A model generated the notes under the pieces. The model searched no databases. It was given only the letters and a program-made list of their open reading frames with translations, and was not told the origin of the DNA. Made by a program: the position numbers and the translations under genes. DNA of 64,000 nucleotides from Vicinamibacterales bacterium (GTDB lineage: Bacteria > Acidobacteriota > Vicinamibacteria > Vicinamibacterales > G965249535). This document shows, piece by piece, positions 47,871-59,737 of the stretch (positions within the stretch are counted from its first letter, which is position 1; each line of letters begins with the position of its first letter). The stretch covers positions 1,212,730-1,276,729 of the forward strand of contig OZ252241.1 in NCBI GenBank assembly GCA_965249535.1, given 5' to 3'.

Positions 47871-49673
47871 TCATTCTTGTGTGACCTTTAGCACTGCCAA
47901 AAAAGCTTCCTGCGGAATCTCGACCCGACCAACCCGCTTCATTCGCTTCTTACCCTCTTTTTGTCTCTCAAGTAACTTTCGTTTTCGAGTAATGTCCCCA
48001 CCATAGCACTTCGCTAGAACATTCTTCCTCATAGGCCTTACCGACTCGCGCGCGATGATCCGATTCCCTATTGAGGCTTGGATCGCTACCTCAAAGAGCT
48101 GTCGTGGAATTAATGCACGCAATTTTGAGACAAGTGCCCGACCACGTCCGTATGCCATATCCCGATGAACAATCAGTGACAGCGCGTCCACAGGTTCTCC
48201 ATTCACCAAAATGTCTAGCTTAACGAGCGAAGACTCCCAATAGCCTGTTACATGATAATCGAAGGACGCGAGCCCATGGGAGAGAGTTTTAAGTCGGTCA
48301 TAGAAATCGAGCACCACCTCATTGAACGGCAACTCGTACGTAATCATCACCCGCAAAGATGTGATATATTCAAGCCGTTTTTGTACACCCCGTTTCTCCT
48401 GGCACAACTCAAGAATTGCTCCCACGTGCTGCGGTGGAGTCAAGATCATCGCGGTGATGACCGGTTCTTCCAACTTTGCGATACGACCTGATTCCGGGAA
48501 CTTTGCCGGACTATCAACCTCATGGACAACTCCATCAGTCGTAGTTACGTGGTATAGAACAGCAGGAGCTGTCGTAATTAGATCAAGATCAAACTCGCGT
48601 TCGAGCCTTTCCTGCACAATTTCCATGTGAAGCAGGCCCAAAAATCCACACCGAAAGCCGAATCCTAAGGCGGCTGATGTTTCAGGCTCAAATAAGAACG
48701 AGGAGTCATTGAGTTGCAACTTTTCCAGAGCGTCACGCAAATCGGAGTATTTATGACCCTCCACTGGATACAAGCCCGCAAAGACCACCGGCTTCATCTC
48801 CTTAAAGCCAGCAAATGGGCAGGCCGTCGGCCTGGATGATTCAGTAAATGTATCGCCGATCTTTGCATCGCTCACACGTTTAATTCCCGCTATAACGAAT
48901 CCAACTTCACCAACACCCAGAGTCTCCACCACAACGGGTTTTGGAGAAAAAATACCGACCTGTTCCACCACATAATCTCGCTGCTGGGCCATCAGGCGAA
49001 CCTTTGTCCCTTCCCTAATTTCGCCATCAGTAACCCTAACAAGGACGATGACACCACGATAAGTATCGTACCAAGAATCGAAGATGAGAGATTTGAGTGC
49101 CGCGGTTGGGTCCCCGGTCGGTGCCGGTAGGCGTTCAACGATGGCCTCCAGTATTTCTTGCGTACCAATACCTTCCTTCGCACTTGCGAGGATGGCTCGG
49201 TCTGAATCGAGACCAATGATTTCAACAATCTGGCGCGCGGTTTCTTCTGGTTGAGCACTCGGTAGATCAATCTTATTTATGACGGGAATTATTTCCAGGT
49301 CATGATCGGCGGCCAAGTATGCGTTTCCAATAGTCTGCGCCTCCACGCCTTGTGATGCATCTACAAGTAGTAGCGCACCCTCGCACGCCGCTAGTGAGCG
49401 GGTAACTTCGTAGGCGAAGTCGACATGCCCCGGGGTGTCAATCAGGTTAAGAATGTATTTATGTCCATCGGACGCCGTGTAGGAAAGTCTAACGGGATGT
49501 GCCTTGATCGTGATACCGCGTTCACGCTCGAGATCCATGGTATCCAAAACCTGCGCTTCCATCTCGCGCGGTTGCAGAGCACCTGTGTATTCAAGAATGC
49601 GGTCTGCAAGTGTCGATTTCCCGTGATCAATGTGAGCGATGATCGAAAAGTTACGGATGCTGTAATGATCCAT
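47871..49673 (-). CDS. lepA: Elongation factor 4
   Basis: [33 protein letters not shown], and the LepA C-terminal domain. 600 aa. Confidence 0.97.
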   Translation of the reverse strand: MDHYSIRNFSIIAHIDHGKSTLADRILEYTGALQPREMEAQVLDTMDLERERGITIKAHPVRLSYTASDGHKYILNLIDTPGHVDFAYEVTRSLAACEGALLLVDASQGVEAQTIGNAYLAADHDLEIIPVINKIDLPSAQPEETARQIVEIIGLDSDRAILASAKEGIGTQEILEAIVERLPAPTGDPTAALKSLIFDSWYDTYRGVIVLVRVTDGEIREGTKVRLMAQQRDYVVEQVGIFSPKPVVVETLGVGEVGFVIAGIKRVSDAKIGDTFTESSRPTACPFAGFKEMKPVVFAGLYPVEGHKYSDLRDALEKLQLNDSSFLFEPETSAALGFGFRCGFLGLLHMEIVQERLEREFDLDLITTAPAVLYHVTTTDGVVHEVDSPAKFPESGRIAKLEEPVITAMILTPPQHVGAILELCQEKRGVQKRLEYITSLRVMITYELPFNEVVLDFYDRLKTLSHGLASFDYHVTGYWESSLVKLDILVNGEPVDALSLIVHRDMAYGRGRALVSKLRALIPRQLFEVAIQASIGNRIIARESVRPMRKNVLAKCYGGDITRKRKLLERQKEGKKRMKRVGRVEIPQEAFLAVLKVTQE

Positions 49674-49735
49674 GAATCAGGTAGAACAGAAGTATAGCAT
49701 TCGGTAACTCAGGATTCTTGGACAGGCGATCACCT

Positions 49736-50887
49736 TCAGCGCCGATCGAGCGGCACAAAGGTCTGCGGGTACGGTGGCCCAGTATATTCGGCACGAGGCC
49801 GAATTAAGCGATTGTGTCCGTACTGCTCAAGTATATGCGCAGTCCAGCCAGAAGTCCGACTCGCAGCAAAGACCGGAGTGAATAGATCGATCGGAATTCC
49901 CAACGAGTGATAAGTAGATGCCGAGTAGAAATCAACGTTCGCGTTTAGCTTTTTCTCACGTTTCACCACTTCTTCAATCACTCCAGACATATTAAACCAA
50001 CGTGTATTCCCAGACCACTCCCCTACGTCGTGCGACATTTGTCGTAGGTGCGTTGCCCGTGGGTCTTCAGTACGATACACACGATGACCAAAACCCGGAA
50101 TCTTCTCTTTGCGCGAGAGTTTATTTTGAATCACTTCTACAATATGATCGTCACTCGCATCCTCTCCTAGCTGCAGCAACATTTGCATAACGTCAGCATT
50201 GGCACCACCATGTAATGACCCCTTGAGAGCACTTATTCCTGCAACCACCGCCGAATGAATATCACTCAATGTCGCAGCTGTCACTCGGGCAGCAAACGTA
50301 GAAGCGTTCAACTCGTGATCGGCATGTAGAACAAGTGCCGTATCGAACGCCCGCACTGCTATGGCACCAGGTCGTTCTCCAGTTAGCATGTAAAGGAAGT
50401 TGGCGGCGTGTCCAAGGGCTGGATCTGGCTGAATTGGTGCGCCGCCAGCATCGAGTCGCCCAAACGTCGCCACGAGAGAGGTAACTTGTGCCGTCAAGCG
50501 AACTGCCTTCCGATAGTTACTCTTCGGAGAATCGTCATCAGCATCTGTATCGAAATGACTCAGCGCTGAGGTCAGGGTGCGTAGCATGTCCATTGTTCCA
50601 CCACGCGGTAAGCTGCGACTCATTCTGATGATCTGTTCGGGTAGTGATCTCGCTACCGCAAGCTCAGTTTGTAACTCGCCCAGTTCAACGCGAGTGGGCA
50701 GGCGACGATGCCACAAGAGGAAACATGTTTCCTCAAAGGTCGCTGACGAGGCAAGATCGTGAATGTCGTAGCCGCAGTACGCCAGCACACCCTGATCACC
50801 ATCTAAATAACAAATATCTGATGACGTCGCGGTGACACTTTCAAGACCCTCTTTAAATTTAGTTTCGTTCTTCATATCGCTGGTCAT
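49736..50887 (-). CDS. gltA: Citrate synthase
   Basis: ...LVLHADHELNAST..., GSLHGGAN, PGFGHRVY and DFYS motifs. The start was taken at ATG 50887 (50875 is also possible). The ORF-track start 50959 was judged too far upstream. Confidence 0.92.
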   Translation of the reverse strand: MTSDMKNETKFKEGLESVTATSSDICYLDGDQGVLAYCGYDIHDLASSATFEETCFLLWHRRLPTRVELGELQTELAVARSLPEQIIRMSRSLPRGGTMDMLRTLTSALSHFDTDADDDSPKSNYRKAVRLTAQVTSLVATFGRLDAGGAPIQPDPALGHAANFLYMLTGERPGAIAVRAFDTALVLHADHELNASTFAARVTAATLSDIHSAVVAGISALKGSLHGGANADVMQMLLQLGEDASDDHIVEVIQNKLSRKEKIPGFGHRVYRTEDPRATHLRQMSHDVGEWSGNTRWFNMSGVIEEVVKREKKLNANVDFYSASTYHSLGIPIDLFTPVFAASRTSGWTAHILEQYGHNRLIRPRAEYTGPPYPQTFVPLDRR

Positions 50888-51030
50888 CCTCAACGGCCGA
50901 ATTATCCCTGTCAAAGTAGTCTTAACAAACCGTACAAAGCGACTATACATCGGGCACAATAAAAGAAACTAGCGGTCGCGTGCGATCACATCTACCTTGA
51001 CCTAATGCTTGGAAACGATGCCTTCAGGAT

Positions 51031-52539
51031 TCATCCCCTCCTATTTCGCTGAACTAGAGAAACCAGACCCGTATAGAGAAAACCAAACTGGAATAGCAAT
51101 AATTGGGGAATCGCTATATAGATGCCGTTTATTAGCGCGTATATGACGAAACCGGTGAAATATAAGCCGAACCCAACCTCGAGAAAGGGCTGTAGGGTTA
51201 TTGATTTTCGGTATCTTTTTCCAAGCCACACGTCTTTTTGTCTTTCAACACCGTACTTTGGCGTGCGGATAAACTCATTCTCTCCACCCAACAAACCCTC
51301 AAGTATCGGCTTGATATTGTTAAAGCAAAGGGGAACCCCAACCGCCATAAGTACCGGAAGGTACTTCAACTGCGTCTTCCAGTTTTCGTGCACTTCGTAC
51401 TGACTGATTGCATAGAAGTATCCAAACGAAAGGGCCGCCACACAAAACAAAACCGCGTCGACATACAGTAACCCGTGCCAGCCCATGTGGTACCGGATAT
51501 GGACTGATGGAACAATCAATAAAGACAGGGCCAACATCGGGACATAGTGAAGGTACGCTAACAAGTGAAAATAGGCCTCGATCTTTATTTTGAGCGGTAG
51601 TTGCGAACGCCAGAGACGGGGCAATAGCTTTCGACAAGTCTGGACGGATCCTTTTGCCCAGCGCCGCTGCTGTGACTTGAACGAATCCATCTCCACCGGT
51701 AGCTCCGCAGGTACCTCTAGATCCTGTACGAAAATAAATGTCCAACCATCCAATTGTGCGCGGTAACTCAAATCCAGATCTTCCGTGAGAGTATCGTGTT
51801 GCCACCCACCGGAAGATTCGATCGCATCGCGCCGCCAAATACCTGCAGTGCCGTTGAAATTGAAGAACCGGCCAGCACGGTGCCGACCACCATGCTCAAC
51901 GACAAAATGACCATCCAGAAGTATTGCTTGAATCTTCGTAAGTATGGAGTAATCCTGATTGATGTGACTCCAACGGGCTTGCACCATCCCAACCGTCGAA
52001 TCCTTAAACAGGGGAATCATACGGCGCAGAAACTCTCGTGGTGGAACGAAATCAGCATCAAAGACCGCAACGAATTTTCCACGTGCGCACTTTAAGCCTT
52101 CATTGAGAGCACCCGCCTTAAATCCTTGTCGCGTATCACGCCTTAAATACCAGATGTCCAACCCTTCTATTGCGTGCCGATGGACAGCAGCTTTGGCAAT
52201 CTCCTGAGTGTTATCTGTTGAGTCATCCAAGACCTGGATCTCTAACAATTCCCGAGGGTAATCGATTTCGCAGACCGCATCGATCAAACGGTTAACGACG
52301 TACATCTCATTAAAGATTGGGAGCTGAATAGTAACAAACGGTAAAGGATCGGAGGACCCCGATGGAACAGGTACGCGGTTTCTATATTTCATGTAAAGAT
52401 ACAAAAGAAAGTATCGATGTAACCCGTAGACAGCCAGGAGGCTGAGGACAAAAAAGTAGGAACCGACGACAGCCGTTTCAATTGAGATCATTGTGAGTAT
52501 AGTGTTACAAGTGGAAACACGATCAAAGGTACAGTCCAA
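51031..52539 (-). CDS. Processive family-2 glycosyltransferase (cellulose-synthase-like)
   Basis: QVLDDSTD, VAVFDADFVP, TEDLDLSYR and QQRRWAKG (QxxRW), with multiple TM segments. The likely start is ATG 52491 (MISIETAVV...). Confidence 0.85.
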   Translation of the reverse strand: MDCTFDRVSTCNTILTMISIETAVVGSYFFVLSLLAVYGLHRYFLLYLYMKYRNRVPVPSGSSDPLPFVTIQLPIFNEMYVVNRLIDAVCEIDYPRELLEIQVLDDSTDNTQEIAKAAVHRHAIEGLDIWYLRRDTRQGFKAGALNEGLKCARGKFVAVFDADFVPPREFLRRMIPLFKDSTVGMVQARWSHINQDYSILTKIQAILLDGHFVVEHGGRHRAGRFFNFNGTAGIWRRDAIESSGGWQHDTLTEDLDLSYRAQLDGWTFIFVQDLEVPAELPVEMDSFKSQQRRWAKGSVQTCRKLLPRLWRSQLPLKIKIEAYFHLLAYLHYVPMLALSLLIVPSVHIRYHMGWHGLLYVDAVLFCVAALSFGYFYAISQYEVHENWKTQLKYLPVLMAVGVPLCFNNIKPILEGLLGGENEFIRTPKYGVERQKDVWLGKRYRKSITLQPFLEVGFGLYFTGFVIYALINGIYIAIPQLLLFQFGFLYTGLVSLVQRNRRG

Positions 52540-52542
52540 AAT

Positions 52543-53334
52543 GTGATCAAGTCAACGATCGTAGAGCGATTCATGAACCCAACAGAACTGCGAAGACTAC
52601 TTGAAGCCGTCCAGAACGGGTCACTAAAGGCCCATGTAGCACATAAACGGCTGCTTGAGTATCTCCGTCAGAATCAATTCGAGGACCTCGGCTTTGCTCG
52701 GATCGACCACAACCGAGCAATGCGTCAGGGTTTCCCGGAAGTCATTTTTGGTTCTGGTAAGACGCCACAGCAAGTTGCAAGTATTGCTAAGCGAATCGTG
52801 GAGACTGGTGACACACTGCTAGTGACCCGGGCAGATGAAGCTACGTACGCTGCTGTTCGAGCAGTCGTGCCAGATGCAATCTTCCAATCTGGCGCCCGAC
52901 TAATAACGTTCCAGCAAGGCAGTCCTCCCCCTGGTCGGGGCGTGATCCTCATAATCACGGCAGGCACTTCCGATCTATCAGTCGCCGAGGAAGCCGCTTT
53001 TACAGCCGAATTGATGGGTAATAAGGTCGACCGACTTTACGACGTCGGTGTCGCAGGTATCCACCGACTACTAACAGAACAAAATCGTCTTGGAACCGCT
53101 AGGGTTATTATTGCGATCGCTGGCATGGAAGGTGCGCTACCAAGCGTAGTTGGTGGTTTAGTTAGTGTGCCGGTCATCGCGGTACCTTCGAGCGTGGGCT
53201 ACGGTGCAAGCTTCGGCGGACTAACAGCCCTCCTAGCGATGCTCAACAGCTGCGCGACCGGTATTTCGGTGGTCAATATTGACAATGGCTTCGGTGCCGC
53301 CGCCATTGCAAGTTTGATCAACCATTTGGAATAG
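52543..53334 (+). CDS. larB: LarB-like (PurE-like) nickel-pincer cofactor biosynthesis carboxylase/hydrolase
   Basis: ITAGTSDLSVAEEAAFTAELMG...YDVGVAGIHRLL...AGMEGALPSVVGGLVSVPVIAVPSSVGYGASFGG...VVNIDNGFGAA. The likely start is ATG 52573. Confidence 0.82.
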   Translation: MIKSTIVERFMNPTELRRLLEAVQNGSLKAHVAHKRLLEYLRQNQFEDLGFARIDHNRAMRQGFPEVIFGSGKTPQQVASIAKRIVETGDTLLVTRADEATYAAVRAVVPDAIFQSGARLITFQQGSPPPGRGVILIITAGTSDLSVAEEAAFTAELMGNKVDRLYDVGVAGIHRLLTEQNRLGTARVIIAIAGMEGALPSVVGGLVSVPVIAVPSSVGYGASFGGLTALLAMLNSCATGISVVNIDNGFGAAAIASLINHLE

Positions 53335-53555
53335 CATCCAGGTCTCTCACCACTTCTGAGGGTTTTTGTCTGAGTACATGACTACAAGGACTTATTCCGC
53401 AGGCATTAGTAACAACAGCTTAAGGGAACCCATTTAAACGAGGGGGTTGAGTATATGGGCCCGGCCATGTTAGATTAGAGAGTTCTGGCCCACTCTGAAA
53501 AGCGTCAGACATCAGGGCCTATAGCTTCCACTCCACCATTGGGCCTTCTCGTTTA

Positions 53556-56051
53556 ATGCATGCAGGCACACTGAGGGTCCTCGAATTCGGTCGTATAGTT
53601 GAGGCGGTATCCAGGCTCGCCTTGACACCGCTCGGTGCGGCAAACCTCGCCGACCTTAAACCACAAACTGATCCACGGGCCGTACAGAATGCCCTCTCGG
53701 CTACTAGTGAGGTGGTCAATTACCTTGGTGACAACCCTTCGATCTCTCTAGAAGCTCCCTTACACATAGACAATATCTTGTCAGGACTGGCGATCGAGGC
53801 CAAAGCACTCGAGCCATTGCACTTGCTCGAATTATCGCACTTCTTGGCTTCAATTGAACAAACGCGCGATACAATTCGGCGCGCCTCTGGTTCATTCCCA
53901 GTTCTGCACGCACTTGCCGGCCAAGTTAGCTCATTCGAAAAGGAAATAACGGAAATTAAACAAAAGATCGAACCCTCTGGCGAAGTAGTCGATCAAGCGA
54001 GCAACGAACTCCGAGTGATTCGTGATCGGCTGCGTAAGCAGCGTGCTCGTTTGCGTGGTACGCTTGAGTCATATATCCGAGGCAAAGACACCGTCCGCTA
54101 CCTTCAAGAACAGATCATTACTGAGCGTGCGGGTCGTTATGTATTAATTGTACGAGCGGAACACCGAGCCTCCATCCCTGGCATCGTGCATGGAAATTCG
54201 ACGAGTGGAGCAAGCCTTTTTCTCGAACCCTTAAGTACCGTTGAAACCAACAACGACATCGTCGCTCTCGAAGAAAATGAGAGCGCAGAAATCCACCAAA
54301 TACTTTTGACGCTATCTAACGGACTCCGCAAGCGAGCGCTTGAAATCCAGAGAACGTTACAAGCGGCAACCGAGCTTGACGTACTTCAAGCTAAGGCCAG
54401 GTTTTCCCTATTGATTAACGGTGTTGAACCAACACTGGTGACGGACGGCCAGTTCGAGCTACGAGCGGCAAGACACCCACTGATGATCCAGGTTACTGAA
54501 ACTCACCTCGAAACACCGACACCAGAAAGGGAACGAACTGAGCCAATTACACAACAGCCCGTTCCGGTCGATTTGCTACTGTCTCCACCATCCAGAACAC
54601 TGATCGTAACTGGTCCGAACACTGGTGGAAAAACGGTCGCCTTGAAAACTGTTGGACTCCTCGCTCTAATGGCTCAAGCAGGATTACACCTACCTGTCGC
54701 ACCTGGTTCGCAATTACCAGTCTTCCGATCGATATTTGCAGACATCGGTGATGAACAATCAATATCGGCTAGTCTTAGCACATTCTCATCGCATGTAACG
54801 AACATCGCCTCTATGGAACAGTCTCTTGTCTTACCTGCACTGGTGTTGCTGGACGAAGTCGGAGCGGGCACAGACCCCACGGAAGGCAGCGCTTTAAGCA
54901 TGGCGATCATCGAGCATTTTCGCCAACGCGGTGCACTGGTAGTCGCAACGACTCACTACGATATGCTCAAATCCTATGCATTGACATCAGTCGATATTGC
55001 CTGCACTGCCTTTGGATTCGATCCCGAAACTTTCGCACCGACGTTCCAACTCGTATACGGCTCGGCTGGCCGTAGTCTCGGCCTTGAGATCGCCGAACGA
55101 CTTGGACTAACTCCACAAATCATTGAGGCGGCGCGTGAATACCAAAGTGCACGAGGGGATCAGTTGGCAGAACAGCTCGCAAAGATTGACCGTGATCTTC
55201 AGGTTCTTGAGCAACAACGGCGCTCGGCGGTTCAAACACGTGAAGAGCTTACCAAGAACGAAACGTTACTTAACATGCGCGAAGCACAACTAGATAAAAA
55301 GGAAGTTGCTTTCCAACAACGCCTTAACAGTGGCCTGGAGCGACAGTGTAGTGAAGCGAAACACGAGATTAATAAGATCATCAAAACACTTAAGATCCGC
55401 GTGGCCAAACTGGAAACCAAAGCCGCTCAACGTTCTGATAGAGACGAGCAGGTAACTGTATCAGCTAACGAAACCGACATACTAGGCTCAGAAACGCGTT
55501 CAGCATTTAAATCAATAACCGATCGGCTAGCACCTATCAGCTCAATCCAATCGGTGGACCAAAAAACTCAGCAAGCAGGAACGAATGTTGCTGGCGTTCT
55601 AAATCCAGAAATCGGCGACCACGTCGTTGTCACCACTTTAGGACTACAAGGTGTCGTTCGACTGGTTCAAGGCCGTGTAGTAGAAGTCGATATTCGAGGC
55701 AAGCGCCTACGCGTGCCTTTCGAGGAACTAAGTGGTGCAAGCAGGCCGCCCTCCCAGGGGACGAACCTCGGCGTTCCCGACGTCCACCTGCAATCGTACC
55801 GGGACCAGGTAACGGAACTAAACGTAATCGGCTGTACAGTTGATGAGGCTTTAACTCAGACCGGAAAATTTCTCGACAAAGCTCTTCTAAGCGAACAACG
55901 ACTGCTTCGTATCATTCACGGTCATGGAACTGGCAAACTGCGACGGGCACTTGCAGAATTCTTTGATGGGCATCCGCTAATCGAAAAATTTGAGGCGGCG
56001 CCAGCAGAACAAGGTGGCACTGGGGTAACCATCGTAGAATGTAAAGAGTAA
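53556..56051 (+). CDS. mutS2: Endonuclease MutS2 (MutS-family ATPase with C-terminal Smr domain)
   Basis: Walker A GPNTGGKTV, DEVGAGTDP, and the C-terminal Smr segment LNVIGCTVDEAL...LRIIHGHGTGKLR. Confidence 0.94.
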   Translation: MHAGTLRVLEFGRIVEAVSRLALTPLGAANLADLKPQTDPRAVQNALSATSEVVNYLGDNPSISLEAPLHIDNILSGLAIEAKALEPLHLLELSHFLASIEQTRDTIRRASGSFPVLHALAGQVSSFEKEITEIKQKIEPSGEVVDQASNELRVIRDRLRKQRARLRGTLESYIRGKDTVRYLQEQIITERAGRYVLIVRAEHRASIPGIVHGNSTSGASLFLEPLSTVETNNDIVALEENESAEIHQILLTLSNGLRKRALEIQRTLQAATELDVLQAKARFSLLINGVEPTLVTDGQFELRAARHPLMIQVTETHLETPTPERERTEPITQQPVPVDLLLSPPSRTLIVTGPNTGGKTVALKTVGLLALMAQAGLHLPVAPGSQLPVFRSIFADIGDEQSISASLSTFSSHVTNIASMEQSLVLPALVLLDEVGAGTDPTEGSALSMAIIEHFRQRGALVVATTHYDMLKSYALTSVDIACTAFGFDPETFAPTFQLVYGSAGRSLGLEIAERLGLTPQIIEAAREYQSARGDQLAEQLAKIDRDLQVLEQQRRSAVQTREELTKNETLLNMREAQLDKKEVAFQQRLNSGLERQCSEAKHEINKIIKTLKIRVAKLETKAAQRSDRDEQVTVSANETDILGSETRSAFKSITDRLAPISSIQSVDQKTQQAGTNVAGVLNPEIGDHVVVTTLGLQGVVRLVQGRVVEVDIRGKRLRVPFEELSGASRPPSQGTNLGVPDVHLQSYRDQVTELNVIGCTVDEALTQTGKFLDKALLSEQRLLRIIHGHGTGKLRRALAEFFDGHPLIEKFEAAPAEQGGTGVTIVECKE

Positions 56052-56070
56052 CTGAAATCGAATAGATACC

Positions 56071-57837
56071 ATGGCTGTATTTCCTCAATCCTTCATCGAT
56101 GATCTGAAAACACAAGTAGACATTGTTCAGATCGTACAGGACTACGTGCCTCTGAAGAAAGCTGGAACTAACTATAAGGGACTCTGCCCGTTTCACAGTG
56201 AGCAAACACCTTCGTTCCATGTGAACCAGAATAAGGGGTTTTTCCACTGTTTCGGCTGTGGAGTTGGGGGAGACGTGTTTAAGTTTTTGGAGCTTCACGA
56301 AAACCTTGGTTTTCAGGAAGCGGTCCGGCAGCTAGCAGATCGGTTCGGTCTGATGGTTCCTGAGTCTGAAAATATTGCACGTACTATGGTCAATGACGCC
56401 GAGCGTGAAGAACTACTCAAGTTACACGAAATCGCAGCCACTTATTTCCGTGAACACCTAGAGGGTCCAACAGGAGCGCGCCCACAAAAGCAACTCCGAC
56501 AGCGTGGACTGTCTGACCAAACAATTGAAAAACTTCAGCTCGGATTTGCTCCAACCTCACGTGGAAGCCTAAAAGATTATCTTATAAGGCAAGGATTTTC
56601 ACTGCCCCGGATACTGCAGAGTGGTCTTGCTGTTGAACGCGAAGCGGGGTATGTGATTGATCGATTCCGGAACCGCCTGATGGTACCTATCTGCCGTGAG
56701 AGCGGATCAGTCGTTGCCTTTGGTGGCCGAGCTATTGAACCAGATCAGCAGCCAAAATATTTGAATTCCCCAGAAACACTTCTCTATTCAAAGAGTCAGA
56801 CACTCTATGGCTTGCACCTGACCAAGACCGCTATCCGACGACATGGTTTTGCCGTACTGGTAGAAGGTTACTTCGATTTCGCACAGGCTCTTCAGGCAGA
56901 TGTCAGCACAGTCGTGGCAACGTGTGGTACGTCACTAAGCGTAAGACAAGCACAGTTGCTACGTCGGTTCGCGCCGAAGGTCATTCTCAGCTTTGATCCT
57001 GATGCCGCGGGCCAGGGGGCATCAACCCGTTCAGGCGAACTATTACTAAGCGAAGGATTCAAGGTCAACGTTGCGAACCTGCCAACTGGTCAGGATCCCG
57101 ATAGTCTTGTTCGAGCGGAGGGTGGTGCTCAATATCGGGAAAAACTGCGAAACTCACAACCGTACTTAGAATACTTGTTGGATCGAGCTTCAACAGAACA
57201 TGATTTCCGTAGTGACGACAGTCGACGGGAGTTTTTGAATAAGATGCTTACCGTGGCTGCCCGTATTCCCGATGCAGTCATGAGAGATCAATTCGGTGAC
57301 CGATTAGCTCACAAAGCACGCATCACGGAAGACGTAGTACGAGCCGAAATCAGAAAAGCCGCTGTCGATCAGCGAATAACAGTAAGTACAAGAGAAGCAC
57401 CTGGACTTGGAACTATCAAAACGGCAGAAAAAGGACTCATCTGGGCACTCTTACATGACACGGAAGCTGCTATTCTTGCTTTAGCAACTCTGGAACTTTC
57501 GGATCTGGAGGAACTCACGACAGCACCAATTCTCCAAACAGCGCGTTCTCTAACTGACTGGCCGACCGACAGCATACCAATGGTCCTACGAGAACGTCTG
57601 GACGACAAAGAGTTACAATTGGTCGCCACTATCGCCAATCAAGGTGCTGCTCCAGCCCCAGCAGATGAGTGCGCCCATGCGTTGAAGCGACTCAGTTATG
57701 AGCGCGAAAGAGCCACATTGCAGAGTGAGATCAATCGGCTACAAGAGACCGATGCAGTTAAACACACACATGAGATCGATGAACTTTGGAAACGTAAGAA
57801 AGACCTGTTACACCAAATTGAGACACTGAGTACGTAA
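56071..57837 (+). CDS. dnaG: DNA primase
   Basis: Zinc ribbon [34 protein letters not shown] and TOPRIM EGYFD...DPDAAG. The dnaG-rpoD order is conserved. Confidence 0.96.
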   Translation: MAVFPQSFIDDLKTQVDIVQIVQDYVPLKKAGTNYKGLCPFHSEQTPSFHVNQNKGFFHCFGCGVGGDVFKFLELHENLGFQEAVRQLADRFGLMVPESENIARTMVNDAEREELLKLHEIAATYFREHLEGPTGARPQKQLRQRGLSDQTIEKLQLGFAPTSRGSLKDYLIRQGFSLPRILQSGLAVEREAGYVIDRFRNRLMVPICRESGSVVAFGGRAIEPDQQPKYLNSPETLLYSKSQTLYGLHLTKTAIRRHGFAVLVEGYFDFAQALQADVSTVVATCGTSLSVRQAQLLRRFAPKVILSFDPDAAGQGASTRSGELLLSEGFKVNVANLPTGQDPDSLVRAEGGAQYREKLRNSQPYLEYLLDRASTEHDFRSDDSRREFLNKMLTVAARIPDAVMRDQFGDRLAHKARITEDVVRAEIRKAAVDQRITVSTREAPGLGTIKTAEKGLIWALLHDTEAAILALATLELSDLEELTTAPILQTARSLTDWPTDSIPMVLRERLDDKELQLVATIANQGAAPAPADECAHALKRLSYERERATLQSEINRLQETDAVKHTHEIDELWKRKKDLLHQIETLST

Positions 57838-57875
57838 ACTGCAATGGATTATCCGTAACAGGCACCGAACATCCA

Positions 57876-59591
57876 TTGCTTTCAGGAGGACAGCCCTTGT
57901 CCATCGAAGAAAAGTACGATGAAGTCAAACACCTTATCTCCATTGGTAAGGAAAAAGGTTACTTACTCTACGACGAAGTGAACGAGTTGCTTCCGGCGGA
58001 TATCACGTCATCCGAAGAGCTCGACGATTTGTTCAGCGCCTTTGGCAACGCAGGTATCGAGGTTGTTGAATCAGAACAAAAGTACCGTGAGGACAAACTA
58101 TTCGATGGTGCTAGTGAGAGGCCCGAAGGACCTGAGGTTGACCTCACACCAACTGCCGTCGATAAGACAAATGACCCGGTACGGATGTACCTTCGGGAAA
58201 TGGGAACAGTCCCACTTCTAACTCGAGAAGGCGAAGTTGAAATTGCTAAGAGAATCGAGCGTGGTAAATTGGCGGTGGTGAAATCCGTCCTTCGCACTCC
58301 AATCATCGTCAACGCCATTATTCACATGGGCGAACAGTTAAAGAATGGTGAACGGACGATTCGTGAACTGGTGACCTTCCAGGAAGAAGAACTTACTGAA
58401 GATCGCAGCAACGAACTGGCACGTGAAGTTCGTGAACACATCGAACTCGTTAGCAAAGCTCGAACCATTGTGCAAAAACGAGATGCAAACCTTTCGACCA
58501 TCCTTAAACGAGACAACCGAAAGCACCTGAGAGCAAGGTGGAAGGTCATGCGCGCGCGCGTATTACTCTCACATCTTCTGAGGGAGCTTGATCTCACAGA
58601 AACTGTTAAATGTCGGATGATTGATCAGATCAAGAATTCTGTCGAAGGAATACAAAACCTTCAACGAGAAATCGAGTATCTGAACCACCAGATTAATTCA
58701 AAGAAGAAAACCCGACTAAAGGAAGACGATCGACGTGGCGCTATCAAACGGCACCGTGAACTTAAGGTAACACTCAAGAATCGAGCCGCCGAGTTGGAGC
58801 AAACACCAGAACAACTGATCCGCACCCTCGAAACCATCACTCGAGGTGAGGTTCAGGCAGAACAGGCCAAAGCAGAACTTGTCGAGGCCAACCTCAGACT
58901 GGTCGTGTCGATTGCAAAAAAGTACACGAATCGTGGGTTGCAATTTCTAGACCTGATCCAAGAAGGTAATATAGGTCTAATGAAGGCGGTCGATAAATTT
59001 GAGTACAGACGTGGCTATAAGTTCTCGACCTACGCGACATGGTGGATTCGCCAGGCCATCACAAGGGCTATCGCCGATCAGGCACGCACTATACGCGTGC
59101 CAGTGCACATGATTGAAACAATTAACAAACTGATCAGAACATCACGAGGTCTTGTACAAGAACTCGGCCGAGAACCAACATCGGAGGAAATTGCGGCGCG
59201 TATGGACATCCAAGTCTCGAAAGTCCGCAAGGTACTCAAGATTGCGCAAGAGCCAATTTCACTTGAGACCCCGATCGGCGAAGAAGAAGACAGTCACTTG
59301 GGGGACTTTATCGAAGATAAAAACGTCGTCTCACCAGCTGACGCCGTCATCAATTTAAACCTAACCGAGCAAACCGAGCACGTACTACAGTCGCTTACTC
59401 CACGCGAAGAAAGAGTCGTTAAGATGCGATTCGGTGTTGGTGATGGTAGTGAACATACGCTCGAGGAGGTCGGACAAAGCTTCTCAGTCACCCGAGAGCG
59501 TATCCGACAGATCGAAGCCAAGGCGTTACGTAAACTCCGGCATCCGTCACGTAGTCGTAAGCTAAGGGCATTTCTCGAAGGAAGGACTTAA
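57876..59591 (+). CDS. rpoD: RNA polymerase primary sigma factor (sigma-70)
   Basis: [11 protein letters not shown], region 2 [56 protein letters not shown], and region 4 ...[17 protein letters not shown]. The probable start is TTG 57897, 6 nt after AGGAGGA. Confidence 0.96.
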   Translation: MLSGGQPLSIEEKYDEVKHLISIGKEKGYLLYDEVNELLPADITSSEELDDLFSAFGNAGIEVVESEQKYREDKLFDGASERPEGPEVDLTPTAVDKTNDPVRMYLREMGTVPLLTREGEVEIAKRIERGKLAVVKSVLRTPIIVNAIIHMGEQLKNGERTIRELVTFQEEELTEDRSNELAREVREHIELVSKARTIVQKRDANLSTILKRDNRKHLRARWKVMRARVLLSHLLRELDLTETVKCRMIDQIKNSVEGIQNLQREIEYLNHQINSKKKTRLKEDDRRGAIKRHRELKVTLKNRAAELEQTPEQLIRTLETITRGEVQAEQAKAELVEANLRLVVSIAKKYTNRGLQFLDLIQEGNIGLMKAVDKFEYRRGYKFSTYATWWIRQAITRAIADQARTIRVPVHMIETINKLIRTSRGLVQELGREPTSEEIAARMDIQVSKVRKVLKIAQEPISLETPIGEEEDSHLGDFIEDKNVVSPADAVINLNLTEQTEHVLQSLTPREERVVKMRFGVGDGSEHTLEEVGQSFSVTRERIRQIEAKALRKLRHPSRSRKLRAFLEGRT

Positions 59592-59737
59592 CTCGGACCT
59601 TCTCTCGGAATGGCCCGATGAGACGGGCACGAAGATTCATTTTGTTCGGTACCACAAAATGACGGTCGATCCACAAAATGGTACCTAGTGAAACAAGCGG
59701 CCCGCGTGATCAAGAAACGGGGTACGCAGAACAAGAA

